Shown piece after piece: positions 12,594-25,079 of a stretch of DNA of 64,000 nucleotides. The position numbers and the translations under genes were made by a program. The stretch comes from Lama glama (lineage: Eukaryota): NCBI GenBank assembly GCA_028534125.1, contig CM052818.1, positions 28,150,001 to 28,214,000 of the forward strand, read 5' to 3'. Within the stretch, counting starts at the first letter, position 1, and every line of letters begins with the position of its first letter. Under the pieces are notes generated by a model. The model had not been told where the DNA came from. It made no database searches and worked only from the letters and a program-made list of their open reading frames with translations.

Positions 12594-14229
12594 ATGGGCC
12601 CATAGCATTTCTCTTATGACTGTCTCAATTTCTTGTTTTGCAAAATGATAAGACGACCAACCTTTTCCAGTAGATCCAGATACTGGAAATGTGACAATAA
12701 AGTCCTACACAAATCACAAATACCATTCTGTTCTCACAACTCCAGACAGATTTCTACATAACAAAATGCAAACATAATGAAATTTCCATCTCTCTGAATG
12801 AATACTCAGTCTGATATTTGGAACCAAGGCAAAGATATGGGAAAATAGGACACAAATCCACTCTTCTTTTTTCCTCTAAGGTTACTACTCATTTGTTGAT
12901 TCTGGGGTTTTGTTCACTCATGCCACTTTACGGTCAGACTGTTTTCACATCAAATGAATTAAAGATGAGCTGTGTCCTGCATCGGCCTCATTGAGGAGGT
13001 AAAATAAGCTACATGAGTCTTTCCAAGGACATGTGTCAATGCCCTTTAGAACGAGAGGGGCTGTCTCCTCCACGTCTCCTGTAGTTTCTGTCCGGCCTAG
13101 TGCTGATGCAGCATCGGGCATCTGACCCCTTGCCCTGCTCCCACGTCCAGCTGCTTGAGTGCAGCTCTTCAGCCTGCACGTTCTCTCACTTGTTCTTTGT
13201 TCGTTTTTACCCACACAGACGAAGGTACACAGGGCCTGCTCAAGCAGCGGCTGGGATGAGAAGGGAAACGATTTTAAAGAACACCTCAGTTGGCCTTTTC
13301 CCCCTTTCCCTACGTTTCACCTGGCAGTTGAGCTGACATTCACTTTCTACTTCCGATCCTCCAAAATCCGGGCGCTCCCCGTGGGCTTTCTGAGAAGTGA
13401 GTCCAGGGTAGTGCCTCTCTCCAGCTAGATTGTGCGCATCGTGATCACGGATGCAGCTCCCTGCTTTTCATCTCTCTGAATAAAGCCGGCAAACTCTTTG
13501 TTAGTTAAGCTCTCCTGGTTGACTGAGTGCCACAGTAATGTTCCCCAAAGATGTTCAGAGGGGAATTGAAAGGGCTCAGGGTAGGAAAAGGCAAATAAAA
13601 CCAGTGAAGAGTGACAGACAAGTAATCCTGAGTCTGATTGCTTGCCCATATTTAAGTGTTGAAATACAAAATTCTCAATTCTGCCACGATGCAGCTACCT
13701 CCTTGAGACTCATAAATTCAGATGCAGTTGATGAAGCTGAATCTAAGTCATGGTGTGGTTAGAAATAAAAAGGCCAAGAGAGTTTGTAGTTGTTCAAAAG
13801 CTGAAGTCTCATGTTTCCCTTTTATTGGGATACAGATTTAATTGTCATTTAATAATGAAATGTTAGGTTTAATATTATTTGTATTCATCCATGCTGGATA
13901 ATAAAAATAAGCAATAAATAATTAATTTAAAAAGATATTTTAGCATCCATCACACATTTTGACTATATTTTCTCAGAGTGAGTAGGGATCTCAAAATTTA
14001 TTTAGTCTAATCTGCCATCCAGTTCTACTTTAGCAAATGTGCTTGTTCAAACTTGCATTGAAAATCTTCACGCTAAGGATTCATGATCTCTTTTGGCTGT
14101 CCTTTCAATATTTGAGAAATTTTGACTTGAAAACTATTAAATGCCATCACTTCTTCAAGGTAAGACAGATCACTTCTAGACTGTACATTTGTTTTTCTTT
14201 TTTGATTATAGAACACAGTTAAATAACAG

Positions 14230-15700
14230 ATGAGTCAACAAAATAATACGGCCAGCATCCCTGTGTTCATTACTCAGAATTAGCCAATGTTAAAGTGCTG
14301 TGTTCACTTCAAATTCATTGTAACATAAATGTGACAAGAGGAAAAGTGAAATTTTCTTTATAGTCCTCTCCAGCCCATTCCCTTCACTTATTTCCCAGAA
14401 GAAAAGATTAAATTTGATGTGTGTTATTTTGGCCCATGTTTATGTACTTTTACACAAACATACAAATCCATAAAATATAGCTTTACTTTGTTTTTTAATG
14501 TGAATTCTCTCACACCATAAGTATGTTTTGGCAACCGTGGCTTGTTCTTGTTTTGGTATGTATCAGCGTTGACACATGTTGGTCTAGTTCATTTATTCAT
14601 TTTAACCCTTAGCTGGTAGTGTACTGTGTGTTTATAGCATGTCTTTTCTATCCCTTTTCTAATCAGTGTGCACGGAGGCAGTTACTATTGTATTTCAAAC
14701 TAACAATGATGCTATGAATATCAGCTCTTAAGTCTTCTAGCCTTGAAATTGCTGGGATGGTGGAAGTCATCTCAACTTATTTGAAATTCTGAAAATCCCT
14801 ATAAAATGTCTGTAGTAAACTATTTCCCTCAACAGTGCATGAGTTCCTCGTATCTCACGTTGTCACAAATAGTTGGCAATTTGCAAATTTTTCATCCTTC
14901 TGCTTGTGGAAAAACATCTCCCTGTTGTTAGCCTGATTAATAGTGAAGTTAGCATGTTTTTATGTGTTTATTTTCCAAATGGCTTTCCTTTTATGTGAAA
15001 TGCTATTTTATATACATTGCTCATATTTTCTTATTGATTCAAGGAAGTACTGTCTACATCTGAATGCTTACCCTTTCTTGATTATAAGATATATAAGTGA
15101 TATCTTACCATCTGTCACTTGTTTAGAATTTGACTGTAGAAATTTTAGTATTAATTAATTTTAATTTTATGTAGTCAAATGTATTATTCTATCCTTTATG
15201 TGTAGTGCTTTCTTCATATGCATGTGTTTTAAGAAATTATTTTTTTCCAAAATTATAATGACACTCATATATATTTCACTTATTTGCTTTATATTCTTTA
15301 TTCTGTAATTTCTAACCTATAATAATTTGAAATAAGGATTTTCCTCTCTTTTTTATATGGACAAAAAAATTCCGTGAATAATTATCTATACAATGATCCT
15401 CCAAATACAGATTTATCACGTTACCTTGATTCTTCTTTCTTCTTACAGATCGTTCAGTACTTCTAATATTCTGTTGCTCTCCTTTGAGTGTTCTCAGCTT
15501 TTCTATGTCTGATTATTAATAAGCCAAATAGAACTTTACAGAATACATTATGATATGATTGCTTTATTAAATGTAGAACAAATCTACTCTTTTCCTTCAG
15601 AAGTTGTGTTGCTCTTAATGCAGCCAAAAGACAATTAAAACCCTTTTGTCTTTTTTAACGGTTTAGTACCAACACCACCTCCCTCTTCTAGTCCTTGTGA
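14230..15700 (-). mobile_element. Ancient degraded L1 (L1ME-like) 3' region
   Basis: T-rich strand asymmetry and decayed reverse L1 motifs (e.g. tttccctcaacagtgcatgag, ttttaattttatgtagtcaaat); boundaries approximate. Confidence 0.55.
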
Positions 15701-15740
15701 AATTTGCTGCAGTGTAATGTACTGATACATATGTAGTTAA

Positions 15741-16500
15741 TTTTTTTTTTGATGGCTACTTGGAGTTTATTTTCTACTCGGTGCAAGGCACGGGGTTATG
15801 AAGTGTCAGGAAGGCTCTCATGTGGCGTGGATAAAAGAGTGCGGTTCTCTCAACTTCCTTTTTGGCGTTTTGCTGTTTTGATATTGAAGAACCCACCCGT
15901 TTCTGTTGGCTGTAGCCTGCTTAGTCTCAGGGAGGGGATGGAAGAGGAGGCGGAGGGCTCTTGAGCCTAGTGCCTTGGAAGGAAGCCTGGCAGCCGGTGG
16001 CAGCCTCTCAGGACAGGGCCCCGGAGTTGGTTTTGCCAGCTGGCTGCCAGGTTCCTGCTTCCCCGTGGCTTCCTGAGCCGGCTCACAGGTGATCGTGCTG
16101 GTGGAGGTCTGGGGCGATTCCAAGTGCTCTGGGGACTCCAACACTGTGGCCATGAATGGGAGAGTGGACTTCCCGAAAAAGAAGCTAGCCCACCAGAGTC
16201 CCAGGTCGGCTTTGGGGACACCCAGGCGGTGGGGGATGGCTTCCCCAGGGTACTCCGCTCTTCGGCAGGAGCTGTTACTGGAAGTGGAGCCCAGGCAGCG
16301 CCGGTAGTAGTCGTGGGTGGCCACGAGCGAGCCGCTGGAGGGGATGGCTGCCATGATCTTGCTTGGGCTGGTGGAAACCTCGGCGGCGACCCCTCGTGGT
16401 CCTCGGCGCACGATCACAGGTGGCGCGGACGGGGACTCTAGGCCATGGAGCCCATCTGCAGAAGTGACCCCAAGCTATAGCTCCATGACGCAGACGCGCC
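15741..16500 (-). pseudogene. PPDPF: Processed retrocopy of PPDPF (pancreatic progenitor cell differentiation and proliferation factor), near full-length mRNA
   Basis: From ATG at 16354: MAAIPSSGSLVATHDYYRR.LGSTSSNSSC..AEYPGEAIPH..G.PKAD.G.WWASFFFGKSTLPFMATVLESPEH, the characteristic PPDPF sequence; intronless; GC-rich 5'UTR to about 16500; AATAAA (tttatt 15766-15771) 15 nt before a 10-nt A-tail (T 15741-15750); imperfect TSD tagttaat/tagctaat; inferred ancestral stop at 16008-16010 is out of frame. Confidence 0.95.
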
Positions 16501-16619
16501 TTAGCTAATATTGATTAAATTCCATTTTAAGTCATAAAACACCTGGTATCAGTTCTGACATAGATTAGCTAAATTCTGATTCTGTGAACTAATATTTGCC
16601 CCATTCTGCAAGTTACAGT

Positions 16620-16620
16620 T

Positions 16621-16690
<70 letters not shown>
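16620..16690. repeat. Compound (TG)n(AG)n microsatellite
   Basis: Directly visible. Confidence 0.95.
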
Positions 16691-16691
<1 letters not shown>

Positions 16692-16699
16692 GGAGCGAG

Positions 16700-16895
16700 T
16701 TACCTTTCCATTAAAATTCTAGCTCACTGACTGAGAAACTATATGAATTTGAGAATTTCTTTTCATGTTCCACAGCATCTGTAAGATGGGTATTATAATC
16801 CCTGTCCCTCACTGTGTTTGTGTATTAAGTTAGATAATATATGTAAAGACTCAGGGTACAGTGTCAGGCTGAAAATGGGGATTGGTTCAGTGCTA
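16700..16895 (+). mobile_element. MIR SINE remnant
   Basis: catctgtaagatgggtattataatccctgtccctcac...gtattaagttagataatatatgtaaag resembles the MIR core. Confidence 0.6.
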
Positions 16896-18479
16896 TTTTC
16901 CTGTACTCGTACACTAGGAGACACATAAGTGTGTGCGTCCGTGTGTGCGTGCGCGCGCACATCTTAATTGCTTTCCTTTGGGAAGCAGATGTTACTGGTA
17001 CGTTGCATCTTCATTTGCTAGAACTGCCTGAGGATAACCCGGGTTTTCAGTGGGATTGCTCTGCTGCTCCAGCGCACTCTGCTGCAGAGGTTTTCTTCCT
17101 TCCTTCTCAGGAGAACGCCCTTGCCATTGCTTCCCTTCCCCTGTGTACCTTCTACAGCACTGCCCACCTCTCTATTAAGCTAGATCAAAACATAGCTATT
17201 ATTATCAAATAATTCACCAAAAGCTAATGATTATTTAATTACTACTTACATATAGTACACTCACAGATATTATATGTTTCTTTTGTTGAGCTGTGATAAG
17301 AGGCTGAAACTCCCCTACTGTTTCTCAGACAAAGCTTAATGGACAGTTTTAGTTCTGAATACTGCAATTTAACACCCAAGTAAAAGAAGTAGAAATAGAC
17401 TTTCTGAGCCTGATTTTGATTTTGGCACATTATCCAATAAAAGCAATGTCATACATTGTCTGAATAATTTCAGTCTGTGACCTGGAATGAGTTATGTACC
17501 CCCAGTGAGCCCAACCCACCCCCTGCCCCCCCCCCAAAAAAAAGAATAAAGAAGTTTAAAAATCCCCCAAGGTTGATAGGACTAGAGAATAAATGAATGC
17601 TTGGAAATCTGTGCCATTTAAATAGCTCCACAGCCTGCCGGTTGTTCCTGGGCAAATCTTGGCATCTTTAGACCTAATTGGCATCTCACCCTCAGGGATT
17701 TTTATTGAATTTGCTACTCTGCTGACACATTTGAACATGTTGGAACCAGTGTTTTAAAGGGAGCTTTAATCTCTTGAAGGTGATGAAACGCTGTCATCTT
17801 TAGACAAAGTGTCTGTCATGAAGGGCTCAGAGCAAACCAACAAAGGAGTCAGGGGCCAGTGAGGGGCTGCCTCTTGAGTTTCCCTTTGTCTCAGGTGTTC
17901 TCATCTTGTCTGCATGCAGTGGAGTGAGTGTTTACTTATGTTGTATTTGAACAAAACTTCGATTACAGATATTTTGTGGACATAAACATAAATGCATTGA
18001 TACATACTTCATAACAGACATTGTACAATATAACTTTCCTAAATTAATGACGAGATACTTACTCTAAGATCTTGACTTTCTTAGAGGACACAGAATTCTG
18101 AATTTCACTCTCTGGAAATTGAAGAAGTGTTTGTCAAATGACTGATCTCACTTAAAGAACAATGACTATGGATTATGCCTGACACTTTTGTTTTCACTGT
18201 TAGAGTTGATTGTAAAACTGATGGCAACTGTCTTTATTAAAGTCTGTTAATACATCAAAAATGCTTTGGTAGAATACAGATAACGATATGTCTCTGCAGA
18301 TATGTGGCTTCTATGGTAACCATCAATGATAAATGTCTACTTTCCAAGGTCGCTTTTCTTCTTTTGTACCTTTTTAATACCTCTATTACGTGCTGACAGA
18401 TCCTTACGAGATCAGTAAAATGAATAGACAATTAAGTTATCTGGGCAGGAAACTATCAGTGCCAGCACAGTTGATACAG

Positions 18480-18607
18480 TTATTCATTCATTCACTCATT
18501 CAACACATATTTCCTGATAGTTAGTTGATCCAAGTATATTGATTTACAGCTAAATGATTCAAAATGTGTAGGATATACATATAAATATCAGAGAAGTGAC
18601 TCGCTGG

Positions 18608-18641
<34 letters not shown>

Positions 18642-19200
18642 TATACACATGTACACCTGCCATGGTTTATTGATTTATTATCAGCACACTGTAAAAGCAT
18701 GTACACTGTGCCAGAATTTCCTCAGAGGAGAGGAAATGACTTCTAGGCTGAGGGGATCAGGGAAATCTGATGGCCAAAATTACATTTAAATTGTTTCCTG
18801 AATCAGAGATAGGGTCCAAGTAGCAGAAACACGGCATGAAAAAAAGAAGGTATCTCTATGGCATGCTCAGAGACATAGTGTGTGAAAGATCACGGTATTT
18901 TTCAGGGACTGGTAGGCCCTTCAATTTCAGAAGTATAATCTGGTTGATTTGCAGAAGGGAAAAATACAAGTTAAGTACATATGGGGAAGCTTTGAGTACT
19001 AGATTAAAATGTGCAGACTTTATTTGAAAGATTGAAGGGAACTCTGGAATGTTTTGGAGCAGAGGAGACTGGATTCTTAAAACATCAGCTTGGTTGCTTT
19101 GTGTCAAATTGACTTGCGGAGGAACAATGAAGGTGAGGAGACAGATCAAGTAGACAGCTACTGAAGTTAGCTATATGACAGGTTGCAAGTCAGGATGTTT
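18480..19200 (-). mobile_element. L2 remnant with (CA)n at about 18609-18638
   Basis: ttcattcattcactcattcaacacatattt (reverse L2 3' tail) and downstream L2-like gagcagaggagactggattc..ttaaaacatcagcttggttgc. Confidence 0.6.
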
Positions 19201-19304
19201 ACCAGGGTGAGCAGTTTATAAAGAGGAGGCATTATACGATTTAAAAAATAAGAAGAAGAATAATTAAATGTTACTCCAAGCTTTCAGGTCTTGATTACTA
19301 TGAG

Positions 19305-19500
19305 CTAGACTACCTGAATTTAAATTCCTACACCACTGTTTGCTAGCTGTAGGTCTTTGGGCAAGTTATATCTCTCTTCGTTGTAGTTTCCTCATCTGTA
19401 AAATGGGGATGATAATAATAGTAGCTATATTCAAGGTTGTTATGAGGTTAACATTAGTTAGTGCAGGAAGAGCTCGTACAGTGGTTCCTGGTCATAGGAA
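19305..19500 (+). mobile_element. MIR SINE
   Basis: ctttgggcaagttatatct...tagtttcctcatctgtaaaatggggatgataataatagtagct...ggttgttatgagg is the canonical MIR core. Confidence 0.9.
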
Positions 19501-21339
19501 GAGAAATAATGGGAATATTGTAATCTAATTCTGTTTTGTTAGTCTTCAACATCACCAACAAACAAGGCTAACTTTGTGGTTTAAGGGAGGAGGCAGCTTT
19601 CTCCACTGTAGTATTACAGTGTAATTGCAAGAGAGCTTGTAAAATTCTACCCTAAAGCCTATTCCAGATGGGGAGATGGGAGCCAAAATCCTTGTGAGTA
19701 TTTTTTACACTGGTGTCCCAGTGTCTAGCCATATACCTCAATCTTTGAGACATATTTGACATCACCATTGTATAGATTAGCAAACAGACTCAGCAGAGCT
19801 ACATGGTTTATCTGAGATCAGACATTATAGAGAAGGTGCTACGGACTTGAATTCTTCCTGATCCAGAGGCCCACAAGCTATACTCTCTGACTTTTAGTCC
19901 TCATTTCAGAGCTATAGAATTGTTGGGTGACTAGTATAAATCTACTTTATAGCCTGTAATCATAAGATCTAGGGTCAAGTTCAAGCTCTGTTATCATTCA
20001 GATCCTATCAGATAAATGATAATTGGTTAGTAATAGAAGAAGAACTGAAGGGCGAGCTTCCTGACTCCAGTAGCGGGCTCTTTGCAATATATCTCATTTT
20101 TAATGTGAGTCTTCTTTTCCATTTTTCCTGTAGACAAGTAAGAACTACTAACACACAAGTAACACACATAAACACACACAGTATCTATTTACCCACATAA
20201 ATGCAAGTAAAGAACTAATTTACTTCATTTGCCTTCGCTTGCCTTTTTATGCTTTAAGAACGAAGCCGTCCACAACTCTGCAGCGCACATTCAGACACAT
20301 TACTTTGTTGGAGACTTTGCTTTTCAAAATAAATTCCAGGAGGATGGTTAAGGCAGAAGATTTGCAAGTAGAGCTTTTATCTTGTCAAAAAAAAAAAATC
20401 TAAATCACAGTGTAATGTTTGAGTAAGGAAAACAGTGACGAGCATTGTGCTTCATATGATCCTGTGATCAAGACTCAGAACATACATTCTGGGACTCCGC
20501 TGCTATTCAGTCATGTCAGTGGCCTGTAGCAAATTGGAAGAAGCAAACCAGTCAACCATGTCAGATCCCAGGGACCTGTGTAGACAGTCTCAGAGCCCGG
20601 CAGCCCTCCTAGCAGGCTTCTACCACCTATACTTGCCGGTATTCAAGGCTGTAATTAGCACCATCAGAAATGTTCTCAGTCAAGAGCAACGCACTCATCT
20701 GTTGCTTTAATTTAACTTCTTTGGGGCCTTTGCTGACTGAATGACAAAGTTCTATTTTTATTATATTTTTATTATTTTTGACAGATTAGGCTTGACATAT
20801 TGTTTCCCTGAGGAAATTCATTCCAATGTTTTAATTGTTTAGTTTGTGTATTAAACTGCCTGACACTAGGGGCAATACCATTGAGAAAATTCTTTTGTTT
20901 TGGTTTAAGAAGCTAAGCAGTTAACCTTCCTCCCTCTCTCCCCTACTGCACCCCCTCTCTTCCTTCTCTCTCTCAATCTCTCCCTCTTTTAGAAATTTCA
21001 GAATGTTTCATGGCAATGAGTTTAGGTGGTAACTGTTCCGATTGCCCAGAATCAAAGATCTGAAATCCATTATAGAGAAGATATTTTACCTTATTTGAGA
21101 AAACTTTTGCAAACTTGCCCCAATAACCTTTTAATAATTTAAAACATATGTGTAATTGATCCGATTTTCAAAAGATAACTAAGATTTTTAATTCACATCC
21201 ACAGCAAATACATATGTGATGAACATATTTCCCTAAAAGTATATTTTGTCTGTTTATCCTTTTCTTTTGATATAAAGAATTACTTCTTGTCAGCTTTATA
21301 TACACCCCTCTGAAGTGTCTCCAACTGTATCAGCAAGAC

Positions 21340-21590
21340 ATACAACATTATATACATATACATTTAAAAACAAAGGTATAATTAATTTCAAAAGTACAGT
21401 TAAGGTAAATATATTAACTACGTATAATTATATGCCATGTCTACAATATCTATGTATGTATCTATAATATTCATCTATATATATTACTGTTATTAAATGC
21501 CATATCTATATATATGGACTTTTAAAATATGTATCATATATTTACCTTTATATATTTTATTACAGATCTTATATATTACATATATGTAAA
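21340..21590. repeat. AT-rich low-complexity (TA)n-like tract
   Basis: Degenerate tata/tatg repeats. Confidence 0.7.
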
Positions 21591-21956
21591 ATTGATTGAG
21601 TGTTCATAAAAATAAAATGTCTAGGAAAAATAATTGATAATCTGGCAAATAATACTATGAGAGAGTTTTGGGAGGAAACAAATTAATATGCAATCCTATA
21701 GAAATATGAACATTTATAAATAGACTAGTGACTATCCTCATAATTCAGATAAGACATTTTAAATAATGTATTTTATCACTAGCAAGGTCAGTGTTATGCT
21801 AAATATTAGAAAACAGTGTATACTAGTTGCTTTATTATTCATTAACTACCACCAACCCTAGGTCAGAAAACAGTAGAGACATGTTAGATACTGTTGCATA
21901 ATAACTTGGGTATTTACAAATAATTGAACAAAATTTACTTTCATTAAAAGCTGGAT

Positions 21957-22088
21957 GGAGAAGGGTATAGCTCAGCAGTAGAGCACATGCTTAGCTTGCA
22001 CAAGGTCCTGGGTTCAATCCCCAGTGCCTCCATTAAAAATAAATAGACAGACAGACAGATAAACCTAATTACCTCCCCCCTCCCCCCA
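21957..22088 (+). mobile_element. vic-1-type tRNA-derived SINE (camelid)
   Basis: tRNA-like head with Pol III A box (tagctcagcag, 21968) and B box (ggttcaatcc, 22011), then cctccattaaaaataaata...aaacctaattacctccccc tail; TSD aaaagctggat (21946-21956) / aaaagctagat (22089-22099) at a TT/AAAA L1-endonuclease site. Confidence 0.9.
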
Positions 22089-22609
22089 AAAAGCTAGATA
22101 AATAATCAGCTTAAGATTTCTCTTTATCACAGGTTTTCAGCCTGGTCTCCATGTGAGCATGGAACTTCCCTGGTGTAGCCTCAGAGGAGGCTTTGTCCTA
22201 GAATGAATCAGTGGTGCCCCTTTCCAAGGTAAAGCACCTTGGATTTGACCTGTTTTATATGTTGTAATTTCACATAAAATTATATGTGAAATAAAGGTTC
22301 TAATACCAAAACAGTGTTGAAAACCTGTGATCCAAATATTGACTATATTGACTTTTCCTTAAAAACCTCTATGCTCTGTGTTTATGAGTACAATCTGAAT
22401 TCTTTACCAGAGTTGAAGGCACCCACCTGTGTTCTCCAGTGCCTGCATTCTGAGCTCTGAGCAAATTGAACTAAAGTACCTGTATTTCCCCAATGCTGTC
22501 TCGAGATTCAATTTTAAAAATCATTTCCTTGTACTGATCCTGTCTGTGGCTTTTCCCCGGCTACCTCCTTCTCTTCCAATTTTCCATTTTGTTTTTTATG
22601 ATAAACATG

Positions 22610-22950
22610 TCACATGAGCTCTCCTTATTCACAAATGTTTTACGTGTACAGTATGCGTAATATTGTAGAGCAGGTCTCTAGAACTTTTGCATCTTGCATG
22701 ACTGAAACTCTGCACCTATCGAACAGCCACTGTACACTTCCTCTTCTCCCTAGACTCTGACAACCACCGTTCTACTCTCTCCTTCTAACTTGTGTTCATT
22801 TGACTACTTTGGAAACGTCACGTATGTGGAATCATACAGTAGTTGTCTCCCTGTGACTGGCTTATTTCGCTTCTCATAAAGTCCCCAAGGTTTATCTATC
22901 TTGTAGCATCTGACAGGATTTCCTTCATTTTAGGCCCAAATAACATTCCT
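22610..22950 (-). mobile_element. Old L1 (L1MA/MB-like) 3' end
   Basis: gcaggtctctagaactt..catcttgcatgactgaaact...gtggaatcatacagta...tgtgactggcttatttcgc, reverse L1 3' consensus. Confidence 0.85.
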
Positions 22951-23149
22951 CCTCCAGTTTTTCTTACGTCATGATTAACAAAGCACTCATATTTGTCTTG
23001 TTACAGCTCCTAGTGTTTAAGAATTTATTCAACTTTATTGTGTTGGTCTATTTGCCTATTTTTCTCCCCTTCTAATTTTAAAGTTTATTCAGCTCTATCT
23101 GTTATTCCTATTATAGTGCTTAGCACACATTAGACAGTCAATTAATGGT

Positions 23150-24200
23150 GTCACATTAATGAAGAGAATTTTCCAGAAGGGAAGATCAGAATTTTGAAAT
23201 TGAAAAGTCTATCAAACATCTATCAGAATAAAGGAAATACATCCATATCTAGACTCATAATAACAAAATATGTAACATTAAGACTAAAGAGAAGATATGA
23301 AAACTATTAGGAATAAGAGCCTATAAAATTTAAATTGGAAAGACTTTTGATGAATGAAAACAGAGAAATAACCACAAGCGCTAAGGTAACATATCTGTCA
23401 GCCTGAAGTTTGATAGTCAGCTAACTATCTTTGAAGAAAGAAACTAAAAAAAAAAAATATATTTGTACATATACATAGACTATGAGAATTTATTATAATA
23501 AACCTTCACAGAATGAACTACTAAAGAATTTATCTAAACAAGAAAAAGGGCAATGAGAGAGAAGTACGACAAAAAAGAAGTGATGTACAAAAACTGAAAA
23601 AAAAGGGTATGTATTATATATATGTATGCATATACACATACATATAATAATATACCAATTATATATACATAAAACAATTATATACAAATTATGCGTATAC
23701 ATATGTATACAATTATATACATATATCATCATAGTATTATATATTTACATATATGTATATGTACACAACTCACTAAGCTGTATTCTATAAAAGCATAATC
23801 TTGATACCAAACATACCAAAAGAAAACATTCATGCAGAAATTATTAAAAAAAAAATTAAAACCAGTGAATAAAAATTCAAGTCATATATAAGAACCACAT
23901 AAGGCTTAACCCAGCAATTTAAAAACTTACCACATTAACATACTAAAAAGAACTGAAAGTATCTTGATATATGTGGAAAAATCATTTAATTAAGCTCAAT
24001 TCTTATTTGTAATGTAAAGGAAACTTCCAGCAAACTAGAAATAGATAGGAACTTTATTAAGAATCCTCATGAAGAGGATAAATGGAAATTCAATGGTAAA
24101 AATACCTGATGGGAAAACTGTAGAAGAACTTTGAGAATTATCAGAAAGAACCATTGGATGCCTGCTATCACCTCTACTCTTTCAAACTGTACTGGAGATA
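23150..24200 (+). mobile_element. Ancient L1 ORF1/ORF2 fragments with internal (TA)n low-complexity tract (about 23610-23765)
   Basis: gaagagaattttccagaa (ORF1-like); ggatgcctgctatcacctctactctttcaaactgtactggag resembles the ORF2 RT motif GCPLSPLLFNIVLE. Confidence 0.7.
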
Positions 24201-24335
24201 GAAATGTTGGAAATAAGATACTGCCTTGCCATGGTGAAGCAGCAGGACTCATGGAAGACATGCAAAATGCAGTGCCATTTTTGCCTCCCCCTCTTTTGTA
24301 CGTTTATTTTGTTGTGTTAGTTCTCATTTTAACCA

Positions 24336-24835
24336 NNNNNNNNNNNNNNNNNNNNNNNNNNNNNNNNNNNNNNNNNNNNNNNNNNNNNNNNNNNNNNNNN
24401 NNNNNNNNNNNNNNNNNNNNNNNNNNNNNNNNNNNNNNNNNNNNNNNNNNNNNNNNNNNNNNNNNNNNNNNNNNNNNNNNNNNNNNNNNNNNNNNNNNNN
24501 NNNNNNNNNNNNNNNNNNNNNNNNNNNNNNNNNNNNNNNNNNNNNNNNNNNNNNNNNNNNNNNNNNNNNNNNNNNNNNNNNNNNNNNNNNNNNNNNNNNN
24601 NNNNNNNNNNNNNNNNNNNNNNNNNNNNNNNNNNNNNNNNNNNNNNNNNNNNNNNNNNNNNNNNNNNNNNNNNNNNNNNNNNNNNNNNNNNNNNNNNNNN
24701 NNNNNNNNNNNNNNNNNNNNNNNNNNNNNNNNNNNNNNNNNNNNNNNNNNNNNNNNNNNNNNNNNNNNNNNNNNNNNNNNNNNNNNNNNNNNNNNNNNNN
24801 NNNNNNNNNNNNNNNNNNNNNNNNNNNNNNNNNNN
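24336..24835. other. Assembly gap (exactly 500 N)
   Basis: Run of N. Confidence 1.
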
Positions 24836-25079
24836 ATTCATTTATCTGTCAAAGGACTCTTATCCTACTTTATTAAAACTCTACTGCAACAAAATTGATT
24901 TAATACACACATGACTGTACCTTAGTTGAATGTATGAAGTGCTCTTTGTACAAACTCAGACGTAAGAAAAATCCCAGCTCTTGCAATCCTGCTCCTCCTC
25001 ATGCCATCTAGTAGTTCTGATAAAGCTAGTGTGGTCACCTCCAAGATAAATGAACAGAACTTTAATCATTGAAGACACA

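Noticed and set aside
16354..16417. N-terminal extension MIVRRG... in the ORF track
   Set aside because: Begins at GTG in the copied 5'UTR; the native ATG is at 16354
16089..16508. Plus-strand ORFs overlapping PPDPF
   Set aside because: Antisense shadows of a GC-rich coding sequence; the same applies to 30195-30497
20480..20550. Minus-strand 38-nt micro-exon candidate (ttgctacag...gtatgt)
   Set aside because: Stops in all three frames and no supporting neighbouring exons
21957..22030. tRNA-like sequence
   Set aside because: Continues into a SINE tail and is bounded by a TSD, so it is not a tRNA gene
24131..24898. Long ORFs of 170-255 aa
   Set aside because: Artefacts of translating through N runs; the same applies to 44422-45171
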